NCBI GenBank assembly: GCA_045600925.1
Contig: JAZRYV010000122.1
Span: 1-44,412, forward strand
Length of the DNA: 44,412 nt
From: Spirochaetota bacterium
GTDB taxonomy: Bacteria > Spirochaetota > UBA4802 > UBA5550
Direction: 5' to 3'
In this document: positions 1 through 10,142 of the stretch, piece by piece
Position numbering within the stretch: position 1 is the stretch's first letter
Layout of the letters: each line of letters begins with the position of its first letter
Program-made: the position numbers and the translations under genes
Notes under the pieces: model-generated
Databases searched by the model: none
Told to the model about the DNA's origin: nothing
Seen by the model: the letters and a program-made list of their open reading frames with translations, nothing else

Positions 1-1278
1 GTCCATCTGCTTCCAGCGTTTTGCTCTGGACAGACGGTTTCTGTACTCTATCATCTGTTTCATGATATGTGCGCCGTTTTTTGATACTTCGGTTTCAATC
101 GGGAATATATCTTCTCCTACGTTGACACCGTCAATAATAGCCTGCTCTCTGGAGTATTCGCTGACCACGTTTTCATTGAAGAAACCCAAGGTGCGCTTGT
201 CCGGTGTAGCGGTTAATCCGATGATAAAAGCGTCAAAGTACTCCAGTACCTGACTCCAGATATTATAAATCGACCGGTGACATTCATCGACGATAATACA
301 GTCGAAGAACTCCGGCGGGTATTTTTCGTTATAGACAACCTCTTTGACAGACTGGCTGTCGGCACTTTTCTGTTCAAAGAGTGATTCTTCCTCTGCGGAT
401 TCGTCCATCTCTTCCCCTTTCAGGATGGAATACATCCGCTGAATGGTAGAGATGCAGATTTGGATGTCGTTGGGTATGTAAGAATTCTTGAGACGGCGCA
501 CACCATATAGCTGTGCGAAAGAACGGTTGTCATCATTGGGCGTATAAGCAAGAAACTCACGTTCTGCCTGTTCGCCCAGAGATTTTGTATCCACGAGAAA
601 AAGAATCCGTTTCATCTTACCGTATTTCAATAAACGGTATGCCGCTGTTATGGCAGTGAAGGTTTTCCCTGCGCCGGTCGCCATCTGTACCAGCGCTTTT
701 GGGCGATTATCGGCAAAGGACTGATCTAAATTTTCTATGGCTTTGATCTGACATTTGCGAAATCCTGTCGTATCAAAATCCGGAAAATGCTTCATATTGT
801 TCCGAATGGTATCATTTTGTGCAAGCAGCGCCTGCAGTGTTTCCGGACGATGAAAAGAGAAAACTCTCCTTGAACGATACTTACTGTCTTTATAATCCGT
901 AAACCGTGTCAGTTGTCCGGTTGCTTCATAGGCAAAGCGGATATGTGCTTCTTCAACAGGAAAAAATTTGAACTTGCTGACGGAATATCTTTCTGTTTGA
1001 TCTTCGACAACAGTGATATTTTCACCGAGGTCATCCTTCTTGGCCTCAACCACACCGACTGGCTTGCCATCAACAAAAAGGGCGTAGTCAACCGGCCCGG
1101 TACTGGTAGGATATTCCCTAACCGCCACACCGAGCGAAGCCATAGGATTAACATTTTGCAAGTCCTGCAGTATCCAGCCGGATTGAGTTAACCTTGCATC
1201 AATAAATTGTCTTGCTTTTTCTTCCGGAGTCATTGTTTCCATCACCGCTTCCCGATATAACTGCTCTAATTCAAACAT
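1..1278 (-). CDS. HsdR-like (type I restriction R-subunit family) PD-(D/E)xK nuclease + SF2 DEAH helicase. Only the N-terminal 426 codons are present; the gene runs past the window start.
   Basis: Open minus-strand frame from ATG 1278-1276 to nt 1. It is absent from the ORF track because it is open-ended. My translation starts MFELEQLYREAV. It contains PVDYALFVDGKPVGVVEAKK (D...EAK nuclease motif, ~1036-1095), FRKCQIKAIENL (Q-motif), QMATGAGKTFT (Walker A, ~655-690), DECH (277-288) and IIGLTATP (motif III). Confidence 0.8.
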   Translation of the reverse strand, partial: MFELEQLYREAVMETMTPEEKARQFIDARLTQSGWILQDLQNVNPMASLGVAVREYPTSTGPVDYALFVDGKPVGVVEAKKDDLGENITVVEDQTERYSVSKFKFFPVEEAHIRFAYEATGQLTRFTDYKDSKYRSRRVFSFHRPETLQALLAQNDTIRNNMKHFPDFDTTGFRKCQIKAIENLDQSFADNRPKALVQMATGAGKTFTAITAAYRLLKYGKMKRILFLVDTKSLGEQAEREFLAYTPNDDNRSFAQLYGVRRLKNSYIPNDIQICISTIQRMYSILKGEEMDESAEEESLFEQKSADSQSVKEVVYNEKYPPEFFDCIIVDECHRSIYNIWSQVLEYFDAFIIGLTATPDKRTLGFFNENVVSEYSREQAIIDGVNVGEDIFPIETEVSKNGAHIMKQMIEYRNRLSRAKRWKQMD

Positions 1279-1439
1279 CCACCGTTATTTTTGTAAATCA
1301 CTTTCAGAACAAAATTTTTAATTAATTATAAAAGAATGGACAGCTCCCCTGCCCATATGGAAAAGCTTATGAAAATTTGCTTTACTGATTATTTAAATAA
1401 GACAACACTGCCGGAAAATACATATAACAACAGGATTCC

Positions 1440-2345
1440 ATGAACAGAACTTTTTCAGGCTTCAATAACTGGTCAGTTAAACTTATAATTATAAATACAG
1501 CCATTTATTTTCTGTCTTTTGCAGGAGGACCGGAGATCCTTTCGGAATATGCCCTTATTCCGGCTTCCGTTTTTGAAGGAAAAATATGGCAGATCGTCTC
1601 CTACATGTTCCTTCACGGGAATCTGAGCCATCTTTTCTTCAACATGTATGCCCTGCTTGTTTTCGGCATTCCCGTGGAACAGACCTGGGGAAGCAGAAGA
1701 TTCCTGATCTTCTATTTTTTTGCAGGAATCGGGGCAGGACTGACCATTCTGGCGACGAACGGCCTTATTCTGGGAGACGGATATATGTATGTTCCCACAC
1801 TGGGTGCTTCCGGGGCCATTTTCGGAGTTCTTACCGCATTCGGTTTCCTGTTTCCCGACAGCGTTATCCTTCTGTTCTTTGTTATTCCTCTGAAGGCAAA
1901 ATACCTTGTAATCCTGTACGGAGCCGTTACTTTCTGGGCCATGATTTCCGGAGACGGAGGAACCATCTCCCATGCAGGTCATCTGGGAGGTCTGATTTTC
2001 GGACTGATCTTTATCCTTGTCTTCAGAAAAAATCTCAGACATGCAGGCAATACTGCCGTCAAATTCATGATAAAGCCGGAACCCGTAAAACAGGAAAAAC
2101 TGCCGGACGAAGAAAAGGATCTTTCACCTCTTGCTGAAAAACTCATGACAGGAGGACATGGGGCTCTTTCCGATGATGAATTTCAGGAAGCCCGCTATCT
2201 GACCATTATGACAGATACGGAAAAGGCCGGCATGTGTGATGAAAAGGAATTTGAACTTAAGGATTCGTACTGCATGGAATGTGAATTTTTCAGAGAATGT
2301 ACAGTCCGTGAAATAAAGAAACATATGCCCGGAGAACAGGCATGA
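1440..2345 (+). CDS. Rhomboid-family intramembrane serine protease with a C-terminal Cys4 tail
   Basis: 301 aa, polytopic. Rhomboid motifs are HGNLSHLFFNM, GASGAIFGV (catalytic Ser) and HAGHLGGLIFG (catalytic His). The stop overlaps the dut start (ATGA at 2342-2345). Confidence 0.9.
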   Translation: MNRTFSGFNNWSVKLIIINTAIYFLSFAGGPEILSEYALIPASVFEGKIWQIVSYMFLHGNLSHLFFNMYALLVFGIPVEQTWGSRRFLIFYFFAGIGAGLTILATNGLILGDGYMYVPTLGASGAIFGVLTAFGFLFPDSVILLFFVIPLKAKYLVILYGAVTFWAMISGDGGTISHAGHLGGLIFGLIFILVFRKNLRHAGNTAVKFMIKPEPVKQEKLPDEEKDLSPLAEKLMTGGHGALSDDEFQEARYLTIMTDTEKAGMCDEKEFELKDSYCMECEFFRECTVREIKKHMPGEQA

Positions 2346-2776
2346 TACAGATAAAAATAAAAACTGCTGAAGGAGCAAAAATTCCGGAATACCAGACAGA
2401 AGGAGCTGCAGGGGCTGATGTTTATTCCTTCCTGCAGGAACCTGTTCATCTGCTCCCCGGAGAAACCAGACTCATTCCCACAGGCATTTTCATAGAAATC
2501 CCGGAAGGATGGGAAGCACAGATCCGTCCCAGGAGCGGACTGGCTCTTAAAAACGGAATAACTCTCATGAATGCCCCAGGGACCATTGACTGCGACTACA
2601 GAGGAGAGGTTGGAGTCATTCTGACCAATCTTGGAAAAGAAACTTTTACAGTCACAAACCATATGCGTATTGCACAGATGGTCTTTACCAGAGTTTACAG
2701 AGGGAATTTCATCCCTGCAGAAAATCTGGAAAAGACAGAAAGAAATGACGGAGGATTCGGACATTCAGGCATATGA
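2342..2776 (+). CDS. dut: dUTP diphosphatase
   Basis: 144 aa. dUTPase motifs are AAGADVYS, RPRSGLALKNG, GTIDCDYRGEVGVIL and GGFGHSG. Confidence 0.95.
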   Translation: MIQIKIKTAEGAKIPEYQTEGAAGADVYSFLQEPVHLLPGETRLIPTGIFIEIPEGWEAQIRPRSGLALKNGITLMNAPGTIDCDYRGEVGVILTNLGKETFTVTNHMRIAQMVFTRVYRGNFIPAENLEKTERNDGGFGHSGI

Positions 2777-4449
2777 AAAAAAAATCATCATCAGAAAAAG
2801 CTGAAAAAACAATAAAGATCATTCCCCTGGGAGGACTGGGGGCCATAGGCAAAAACATCACCCTTCTTGAATACGGCGGGGACATCATCATAATTGACTG
2901 CGGAATCTCTTTCCCGGACGCAGACACTCCCGGAGTGGATCTAATCATTCCGGATTTCACATATATAAAAGAAAACAGAGACAAAATAAAAGCCATCCTC
3001 ATTACCCACGGCCATGAAGATCATATAGGAGGCATTCCATACCTTCTCCGGGAAATCAATGTCCCCATTTATGCAACAAAGCTGACAATAGGACTGATTC
3101 AGAGCAGACTGGCAGAACATCCTCTGGAAAATCCGGCTGAATTTGTAGAAGTAAAGCCCAGGGATATATGCAGCATCGGGAATTTCCGTGTGGAATTTAT
3201 CCGGGTAAACCACTCTGTTTCCGACGGAGTCGGACTGGCAGTAATGACTGACCTGGGAACTGTTATACACACCGGAGATTTCAAAATAGATTTCTCCCCT
3301 GTGGACGGGCAGGTCACCGACATCTACAGCTTTGCGGAACACGGGGAAAAAGGGGTCCTTCTCCTTATGTCTGACAGCACAAATGCTGAAAAACCGGGAT
3401 TCACAAAATCCGAAACAGCACTTAACTACAGGCTTACAGAAATATTTGCAGAGGCAAAAGGAAGAATCATCACTGCAACCTTCGCATCCAATATCAACCG
3501 TATTCAGCAGATAATGGACACAGCAAGGAAGTTCAACCGTAAAGTTGTCATATCCGGCCTTTCCATGCAGAAAAACATAGAGATATCCAAAACACTCGGC
3601 TACCTGAATGTAAAGGATGATCTCATCATTGAACCTGAAGAGGCAAACAGTATTCCTGACAAGAAACTGGTTATAATAGGAACCGGCACTCAGGGAGAGC
3701 CAATGTCTGTTCTTTCCAGATTTGCCATGGGAACTCACAGGCTGTTCCGGGCCAAAAGCGGGGATACTGTAATAATCACTGCCTCCATTATCCCTGGCAA
3801 TGAAAAGATGATTAACAATGTAATCAACACTCTCATGGCTCTTGGTGTAAAAGTCTATGATGACCAGAAAGGAGACATCCATGTTTCCGGACACGGTTCC
3901 ACAAAGGAACTGGAACTCATGCTGACCATTACAAAGCCGAAATTCTTCATGCCTGTTCACGGAGAATTCCGTCACCTGAAAGCCCATGCGGATCTGGCAG
4001 AAGGTCTTGGCATAAAACCGGCAAACATCATAATCGGAGAAAACGGGGATATTCTGGAACTCAGCCGGAATTTCTTTGTAAAAACCGGAAACATTCCTGT
4101 TTCAAGCATATATGTTCACGGAAACGAAACAGGAGATGCAGCCAACAGCATGATCAATGACAGACAGACCATGGCCACAGACGGAATTGTCATTATCACA
4201 CTGATTCTTTCCCAGGGCTTTCTGCTCAAAGATCCGGACATCATTTCAAGAGGTGTTACTGCAGATGAAAAACCGGAAATCCTTAACAGGCTTAGAAAGG
4301 ATGTGGCAAACAGAGTAAAAAAAATGCTGAAAAAGAACCTGTCCCCGGCAGAGATAAAGGAAGCGCTGGAACAGGATATGGGAAATTTTCTGTTCCGGCT
4401 CATAAAAAGAGATTCTCTTATTGCAGTTCAGGTTATTGAGGTGGATTAG
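2773..4449 (+). CDS. rnj: Ribonuclease J
   Basis: 558 aa. It has the N-terminal IIPLGGLGAIGKN and the metallo-beta-lactamase HGHEDHIGG motif, with beta-CASP-type length and layout. ATGA overlap with the dut stop. Confidence 0.93.
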   Translation: MKKKSSSEKAEKTIKIIPLGGLGAIGKNITLLEYGGDIIIIDCGISFPDADTPGVDLIIPDFTYIKENRDKIKAILITHGHEDHIGGIPYLLREINVPIYATKLTIGLIQSRLAEHPLENPAEFVEVKPRDICSIGNFRVEFIRVNHSVSDGVGLAVMTDLGTVIHTGDFKIDFSPVDGQVTDIYSFAEHGEKGVLLLMSDSTNAEKPGFTKSETALNYRLTEIFAEAKGRIITATFASNINRIQQIMDTARKFNRKVVISGLSMQKNIEISKTLGYLNVKDDLIIEPEEANSIPDKKLVIIGTGTQGEPMSVLSRFAMGTHRLFRAKSGDTVIITASIIPGNEKMINNVINTLMALGVKVYDDQKGDIHVSGHGSTKELELMLTITKPKFFMPVHGEFRHLKAHADLAEGLGIKPANIIIGENGDILELSRNFFVKTGNIPVSSIYVHGNETGDAANSMINDRQTMATDGIVIITLILSQGFLLKDPDIISRGVTADEKPEILNRLRKDVANRVKKMLKKNLSPAEIKEALEQDMGNFLFRLIKRDSLIAVQVIEVD

Positions 4450-5285
4450 TGCTGTACCTTCCAATGCTGATTCTTGCAGCAGTACAGGCTGTAGCTGAAT
4501 TTCTGCCTGTGTCCTCTTCCGGACATCTGCTGATCATTCAGAATACCAGCCTTTACAGAAAAGTTCTGAACAACTTAAGCCCTGAAACTGAAATGCTGAT
4601 TAATATATGCCTTCATCTGGCAACACTGCTGGCAGTACTCATATATATGAGGAAGGATGTATTCTCAATTCTTTCAGGTTTTTTCCGGAACACTGCAGCA
4701 GGGAATTTTTCTGCACCGGAAGTCCTTACGGTACGGAACATATGCATTGCCACAGTCCCTGCAGGGGTGGCAGGCATTATTGCAGGCAGTCTGTTTAAAG
4801 CCGTCTACACCTCCCTTTTCCCGGTTTTTATTTTTCTCATAATCAACGGCATTATCCTGATAAGTTCTAAAAAAATACCCAGAGGAAGCCGAAAATTAGA
4901 AGAGATGGGTATAATCAGATCTGTCATGACAGGCCTGTTTCAGATGGTTGCCATTCTGCCAGGGATCTCAAGATCAGGAATGACCATTACAGGAGGACTT
5001 ATTTCCGGCCTTTCTCCCAATGATGCTGCCAGATTTTCCTTTCTCATGGCAGTTCCGGTAATAGCCGGAGCAGGAATTCTGGAAATAAGGAATGCAGAAC
5101 CGGGAGATTTTCCTTCGGAACTGCTTCTTCCGCTGCTGGTATCCATGGTCATTGCTGTTTTAATATCCCTTTCCTCTCTGAAACTGCTGTTCGCTCTGGT
5201 TAAACAGGTTCGTATAGATGTCTTCGGAATCTATACAGTCCTTGCCGGAACTGCAGGAATCATCTGCCTGATTCTGAAAGACTGA
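4449..5285 (+). CDS. uppP: Undecaprenyl-diphosphate phosphatase (BacA/UppP)
   Basis: 278 aa, polytopic. Family motifs are EFLPVSSSGHL and PGISRSGMTI. The GTG start overlaps the rnj TAG by 1 nt; an alternative ATG lies at 4464. Confidence 0.9.
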   Translation: MLYLPMLILAAVQAVAEFLPVSSSGHLLIIQNTSLYRKVLNNLSPETEMLINICLHLATLLAVLIYMRKDVFSILSGFFRNTAAGNFSAPEVLTVRNICIATVPAGVAGIIAGSLFKAVYTSLFPVFIFLIINGIILISSKKIPRGSRKLEEMGIIRSVMTGLFQMVAILPGISRSGMTITGGLISGLSPNDAARFSFLMAVPVIAGAGILEIRNAEPGDFPSELLLPLLVSMVIAVLISLSSLKLLFALVKQVRIDVFGIYTVLAGTAGIICLILKD

Positions 5286-5311
5286 TACCCCTCTGTTTTC
5301 CGGAGGGCATT

Positions 5312-8300
5312 TTGTTCAAAGATAAAAGATTTCAGGAAATAACAGGGATAGTTCTCATTCTGGGAGCGATTATCCTTTTCCTTTCAATTTTTACATTCAG
5401 ACTTTCGGACTACAGCCTTTTACAGGCCGGAAGTCCTGTTAGCAACTTAATAGGTCCTCTCGGGGCAGGTTTAAGCCATGCCCTCAGATCCGGTCTTGGT
5501 CTCTCTGCCTATATTATAGCTGCAATGCTGGCCTTTGCAGGATGGACTGTTATCCGTACAGGAGAAACATCAGCACTTCCTGAAAGAATTTTTGCCTTCT
5601 TCTTTCTTGCCATAACATTTTCCGCTCTGGCAGGCATGATATCTCCTGATATTCCTCAGGAAAGCGGCGGATATACAGGCTGTGGAATCGCAGGATTCCT
5701 GACCAGAGCACTGGGGAAAGTGGGAGCATTTCTCATAATCACAATACTTAACATAATGGGACTGATACTCCTGGGAGCTTTTTCCATGACTTCCTTAATA
5801 AACAGAGCTTCCGAAGCTGAAAAGAAAATCAGCGGAAAAGGCATTCAGCCATTTGCCATGATAAAGAACATACCCGGTCTCCTGCTTTCTGCTGTGTCCC
5901 GCAGAAAAACTGATCCTTCAGAAGCTGAACAGGCAGAAACTGATGATATTCCTCTTAATTCCATCTGTCAGGAAGGAGTTAAGGAATCCCAGGCAGCAGA
6001 AACGGTTTATAAAAAAGAAAAACCTGCAAAAAAGAACTATATTCCATGGATCACAAAGGAAAAGGTTCTGGTGGAAGAAAAACGCTTCGGCTTCTTCCGT
6101 ATTGTGGAAAAGGATAAACCTGTATCCGAACCGGCACCTGTCCTGCTTAAGCTGCCGGAACCTGTTCCGGCCTGGGACGCAGGAAGTTTTTCCATATCCA
6201 TGGGAGCTGAAAATCTGCATGGTTCCGCCTTCGCAGATATTTCCCGTACATCTGCAGATTACTCATCTGCTTTCAGCGGTTTTGCATGCGGACCCGGACG
6301 GATTCTGGATCCCATCCCTGCGGAAGCAGACATTTATGACAGCCCGGAAACTGATCAGGATGAAACGGAAAATTTTGCCATGGCTGCAATGGAAAAATTT
6401 GCGGAAAGCGAAGAGCTGGCAGAACAGGTTTCCATGAAAATTCCTGAATACGATACTGTCCTGACTGCAGAGCCGGCTGATGATGCTGTCTTTTCACCTT
6501 CTGCCTGCAGTACAGAAAATTTCTATTTCGAAGAAGAACAGAAAGAGCTGCCGGAAGATGAAGAAGTGATAATCCATTCCAGCAGACTGTCCATGGAAGA
6601 AGATTCCGGTACAGACATGGCTGAAGAATTCAGACCGAACAGAATAATTTCCATTTCTGAGGAGGATGAATCCTGTGAAGAAAAAATCTGTTCCGAAGAA
6701 CCAGTATCTGCAAAAAACAGAAGTTCCTTCAAAACATTTTCTCCTGAAAAAAACTCAGCAGATTCCGGCAAAGAACAGACTGAACATACAGGGAAACAGG
6801 CATCAGCACAGATACACAGAGCTCTGCTCACAGACCATAACAGAGAAGAGGATCCATTTGATGATATAAACACAAAGGATCTGTCCAGACCTGTCACCAT
6901 GTTTTTTGAAAAACTGAATATAGGAAAGTATGATGTGCCTCTGAGTTTTTTCCATATGTCTGTTCCTCCTGACACAGGGAAATGGAAAGAAGAGATGAGC
7001 CGTAATTCCCAGAGACTTGTAAATGCTCTGGCAGAATTCAGGGTGGAAGCAAAGGTTGTGGAAGTTCACAGAGGACCTGTCATCACAAGATACGAAATTA
7101 CTCTGGCACCGGGAACTCCTGTTCAGAGAGTTACAGGGCTTTCCGACAACCTGGCCATGAATCTGGCAGCAGAAACCATCCGCGTCGTGGCTCCTGTTCC
7201 GGGGAAAAGCACTGTTGGCATTGAACTCCCAAACAGAGAAAGAGAAACTGTAACTCTTGGAGATATCCTTAAAAGCAGAAAATACAATGACACTTCCTGC
7301 AGCCTTAAAGTAGGGCTGGGCAAGGATATTTCCGGGAATACTGTTACAATCGACCTGAAAAAACAGCCTCACCTGCTGATTGCAGGAGCAACAGGTTCAG
7401 GAAAATCCGTATGTGTAAACACCATAATATCCAGTCTGATTTACAGATACGATCCAAACTGTGTAAGATTCATTCTTGTGGATCCCAAGATGGTGGAACT
7501 CCAGATGTACAACGGAATACCGCACCTGCTGACACCTGTAATCACTGAACCTGCAGTGACTCCGTCTGTCCTTAAATGGGCCATTTGCGAAATGGAACGG
7601 AGATACAGACTGCTGTCATCCATGAACACAAGGGATATAGAGATATACAATCAGAAGGTAAAGGGAACCGGCGGGGAATCCCTGCCCTACATTGTCATCA
7701 TCATAGACGAACTGGCGGACCTTATGATGGTGGCCTCCAAGGAGATAGAAAACTACATTACCAGGCTTGCCCAGAAGGCAAGAGCCATAGGTATTCATCT
7801 GGTTCTGGCAACCCAGAGGCCATCGGTTGATGTTATCACAGGAGTCATAAAGGCAAATTTCCCTGCACGAATCGCTTTCCAGGTGGCACAGAAGAACGAT
7901 TCACGTACTATTCTGGACAGAAACGGAGCTGAAAAACTTCTGGGACAGGGAGACATGCTGTATCAGTCTCCCACAAAATCTTTTCCTGTCAGAATACAGG
8001 GGGCCTTCATTTCTGAAGAAGAAATATCAGGGATGGTGGAATACCTGGAAAAATACGGAGATCCGGTATACATAGATATTGAACAGGCTCTCTTTGACGC
8101 TACTGAATCTTCCAGAGAAGAGGACGGCTGTGACGATGAACTGTTCCTTGACGCACTGAAGATTGTGGAGGAGACAAGAAAGGCATCGGCCTCCTATCTC
8201 CAGAGAAGGCTGAGCATAGGCTACAACAGGGCCGCCCGTATCATTGAACTTATGGAATCCAGAGGATACATCGGTCCACAGCAGGGCAGCAGACCAAGAG

Positions 8301-8314
8301 AAGTTTATATATAA
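5312..8314 (+). CDS. ftsK: DNA translocase FtsK/SpoIIIE
   Basis: 1000 aa with N-terminal TM helices and a long acidic linker. The motor domain has LIAGATGSGKSV (Walker A) and IIIDELADLM (Walker B). The C-terminal gamma-domain-like segment reads SYLQRRLSIGYNRAARIIE. The TTG start lies 4 nt after GGAGGG. Confidence 0.95.
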   Translation: MFKDKRFQEITGIVLILGAIILFLSIFTFRLSDYSLLQAGSPVSNLIGPLGAGLSHALRSGLGLSAYIIAAMLAFAGWTVIRTGETSALPERIFAFFFLAITFSALAGMISPDIPQESGGYTGCGIAGFLTRALGKVGAFLIITILNIMGLILLGAFSMTSLINRASEAEKKISGKGIQPFAMIKNIPGLLLSAVSRRKTDPSEAEQAETDDIPLNSICQEGVKESQAAETVYKKEKPAKKNYIPWITKEKVLVEEKRFGFFRIVEKDKPVSEPAPVLLKLPEPVPAWDAGSFSISMGAENLHGSAFADISRTSADYSSAFSGFACGPGRILDPIPAEADIYDSPETDQDETENFAMAAMEKFAESEELAEQVSMKIPEYDTVLTAEPADDAVFSPSACSTENFYFEEEQKELPEDEEVIIHSSRLSMEEDSGTDMAEEFRPNRIISISEEDESCEEKICSEEPVSAKNRSSFKTFSPEKNSADSGKEQTEHTGKQASAQIHRALLTDHNREEDPFDDINTKDLSRPVTMFFEKLNIGKYDVPLSFFHMSVPPDTGKWKEEMSRNSQRLVNALAEFRVEAKVVEVHRGPVITRYEITLAPGTPVQRVTGLSDNLAMNLAAETIRVVAPVPGKSTVGIELPNRERETVTLGDILKSRKYNDTSCSLKVGLGKDISGNTVTIDLKKQPHLLIAGATGSGKSVCVNTIISSLIYRYDPNCVRFILVDPKMVELQMYNGIPHLLTPVITEPAVTPSVLKWAICEMERRYRLLSSMNTRDIEIYNQKVKGTGGESLPYIVIIIDELADLMMVASKEIENYITRLAQKARAIGIHLVLATQRPSVDVITGVIKANFPARIAFQVAQKNDSRTILDRNGAEKLLGQGDMLYQSPTKSFPVRIQGAFISEEEISGMVEYLEKYGDPVYIDIEQALFDATESSREEDGCDDELFLDALKIVEETRKASASYLQRRLSIGYNRAARIIELMESRGYIGPQQGSRPREVYI

Positions 8315-8353
8315 AAGTATTGGACAAAAGTCCGCATAAAACACTTTATGAAA

Positions 8354-8379
8354 GTCCCGTCTTACGGGGCTTTTGTTTT
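8354..8379 (+). terminator. Rho-independent terminator after ftsK
   Basis: Hairpin GTCCCGT-CTT-ACGGGGC followed by TTTTGTTTT. Confidence 0.6.
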
Positions 8380-8395
8380 AAATAAGGAGGATATT

Positions 8396-10051
8396 ATGGA
8401 TAACACAGAACTTGCAGAACTTCTTTTCCCGAATATAAAAGAAACACCGGAATACTACGAGAGCCTTTTCCCTCAGAGGAAGCTTCCTGCAGGAGCAAAG
8501 GTCACAAGACTGGGCCCCAGTCCCACAGGATTCATTCATCTGGGAAACCTGTACGGGGCATTTGTGGATGAAAGACTTGCTCATCAGAGCGGAGGCACTT
8601 TTTTTCTGCGTATAGAAGATACGGATGATAAACGGAAGGTTGACGGCGCAGTCGAGATCATCATCAACGCCCTGAGATTTTTCAGTATTAATTTTGACGA
8701 AGGGGCAGGACTCACAGGAGATACCGGTTCCTACGGCCCCTACAGCCAGAGCATGAGAGGAGCCATCTACCAGTGCTATGCAAAACTCATGGTAAAAAAA
8801 GGACAGGCCTACCCATGTTTCCTGACAGAAGATGAAATAACAGAAATACGCAGACAGCAGGAAGAACAGAAGGAAGAAACCGGCATCTACGGGAAATGGG
8901 CAGTATCCAGAAATCTGTCCATGGAAGAAATACGTCAGAATCTGGCTCAGGGGAAACCATATGTAATCCGACTTAAATCGCAGGGCCAGAGAGGAGAAGC
9001 AGGAAAGACCATTACTGTATATGATGCAATCCGCGGTGAACTTTCCATGCCTGAAAATTTTCAGGATGTGGTAATCCTCAAGGCCACAGGCATTCCGACA
9101 TACCATTTCGCCCATGTAATAGATGACCATTTAATGAGAACAACCCATGTTGTACGTGGAGCAGAATGGATCTCCTCTGTTCCGGTTCATGTGGAACTGT
9201 TCGGCATGCTTGGCTTTAAAATGCCTGTCTACTGCCACACTGCCCAGCTCATGAAACTGGATGCAGCAGGAAACAAAAGGAAGCTGTCCAAAAGGGAGGA
9301 TCCTGAACTTTCTTTGGATTATTACCGCAGGGAAGGCTATCATCCTCAGGCTGTAAGAGAATACATGCTGACCATCCTCAATTCCAACTACGAAGAATGG
9401 CGTACAGCAAATCCGGAAGCATCTTCTGATGACTTTCCTTTTTCACTGGAAAAGATGAGCACTTCCGGAGCACTGTTCGATCTGGACAAACTGAACGACA
9501 TCAGCAAGGAAGTGCTGGGAAAAATTCCTGCAGCAGAACTGGCTGATTTTCTTACAGGGTGGGCTGATGAGTTCCGGCCTGAGCTGAAACCGGTTCTGGC
9601 AGACAGAGAATATCTGGAAAAGATTCTGGACATTGGCAGACACGGTGACCGGCCAAGAAAGGATCATATCTGTGCAGACCAGATGTTCACCTTCATAAAA
9701 TATTTCTTTGATGAATACTTTGAAAAACAGCAGCCGGAACCATATCCTGCCAATGTACCTGCAGAGGATATTCCTGCCATACTGAAAGGATACATGGCCA
9801 CATACGATCATACTGACACCCAGGAAGCCTGGTTTGAAAAAATACGTGCTCTTTCCACAGAACTGGGCTATGCTCTGAAGCCTAAAGACTATAAAAAGAA
9901 TCCGGACAAATTCAGGGGACATGTGGGAGATGTAAGCACAGTCATAAGGACAGCCCTTACAGGCCGGAACCAGTCTCCGGATATCTGGGAAATACAGCAG
10001 ATTCTGGGAGAAGAAAAGACCAGAGCAAGAATCCTTAAGGCAGCACAGTAA
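8396..10051 (+). CDS. gltX: Glutamate--tRNA ligase (GluRS-type class I aaRS)
   Basis: Motifs are PSPTGFIHLGN (HIGH), LRIEDTD and KLSKR (KMSKS). I moved the start from ORF-track 8348 to ATG 8396. That ATG is preceded by AGGAGG, and the 8348 extension would read through the ftsK terminator. Confidence 0.85.
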   Translation: MDNTELAELLFPNIKETPEYYESLFPQRKLPAGAKVTRLGPSPTGFIHLGNLYGAFVDERLAHQSGGTFFLRIEDTDDKRKVDGAVEIIINALRFFSINFDEGAGLTGDTGSYGPYSQSMRGAIYQCYAKLMVKKGQAYPCFLTEDEITEIRRQQEEQKEETGIYGKWAVSRNLSMEEIRQNLAQGKPYVIRLKSQGQRGEAGKTITVYDAIRGELSMPENFQDVVILKATGIPTYHFAHVIDDHLMRTTHVVRGAEWISSVPVHVELFGMLGFKMPVYCHTAQLMKLDAAGNKRKLSKREDPELSLDYYRREGYHPQAVREYMLTILNSNYEEWRTANPEASSDDFPFSLEKMSTSGALFDLDKLNDISKEVLGKIPAAELADFLTGWADEFRPELKPVLADREYLEKILDIGRHGDRPRKDHICADQMFTFIKYFFDEYFEKQQPEPYPANVPAEDIPAILKGYMATYDHTDTQEAWFEKIRALSTELGYALKPKDYKKNPDKFRGHVGDVSTVIRTALTGRNQSPDIWEIQQILGEEKTRARILKAAQ

Positions 10052-10057
10052 AACAAA

Positions 10058-10085
10058 GGCCCCGGAACCGGGGCCTTTTTATTTT
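10058..10085. terminator. Bidirectional terminator shared by gltX (+) and the restriction-like operon (-)
   Basis: Perfect palindrome GGCCCCGG-AA-CCGGGGCC. T-runs follow on both strands: TTTTTATTTTT on +, TTTGTTTT on -. Confidence 0.7.
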
Positions 10086-10142
10086 TCAACTAAAAATGGA
10101 ATATCCCTTCCAAAACCTGCTTTGAGCAGCCTTTTAAGCAAC

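Noticed and set aside
2776-2784. A9 run immediately after the rnj start codon as a possible slippery or frameshift site
   Set aside because: It simply encodes Lys-Lys-Lys in frame. No alternative downstream frame is open.
2941-3987. 348-aa minus-strand ORF in the ORF track
   Set aside because: It lies entirely antisense to the well-supported RNase J gene. The product is Cys/Phe/Ser-rich with no recognisable motif and no RBS. This is typical of a shadow ORF.
8348-8395. ORF-track 5' extension of gltX (MKVPSYGAFVLNKEDI)
   Set aside because: The extension spans the ftsK terminator hairpin (8354-8379). ATG 8396 has an AGGAGG site.
8378-9130. 250-aa minus-strand ORF
   Set aside because: It is antisense to gltX (HIGH and KMSKS motifs on the plus strand), with no motifs of its own.
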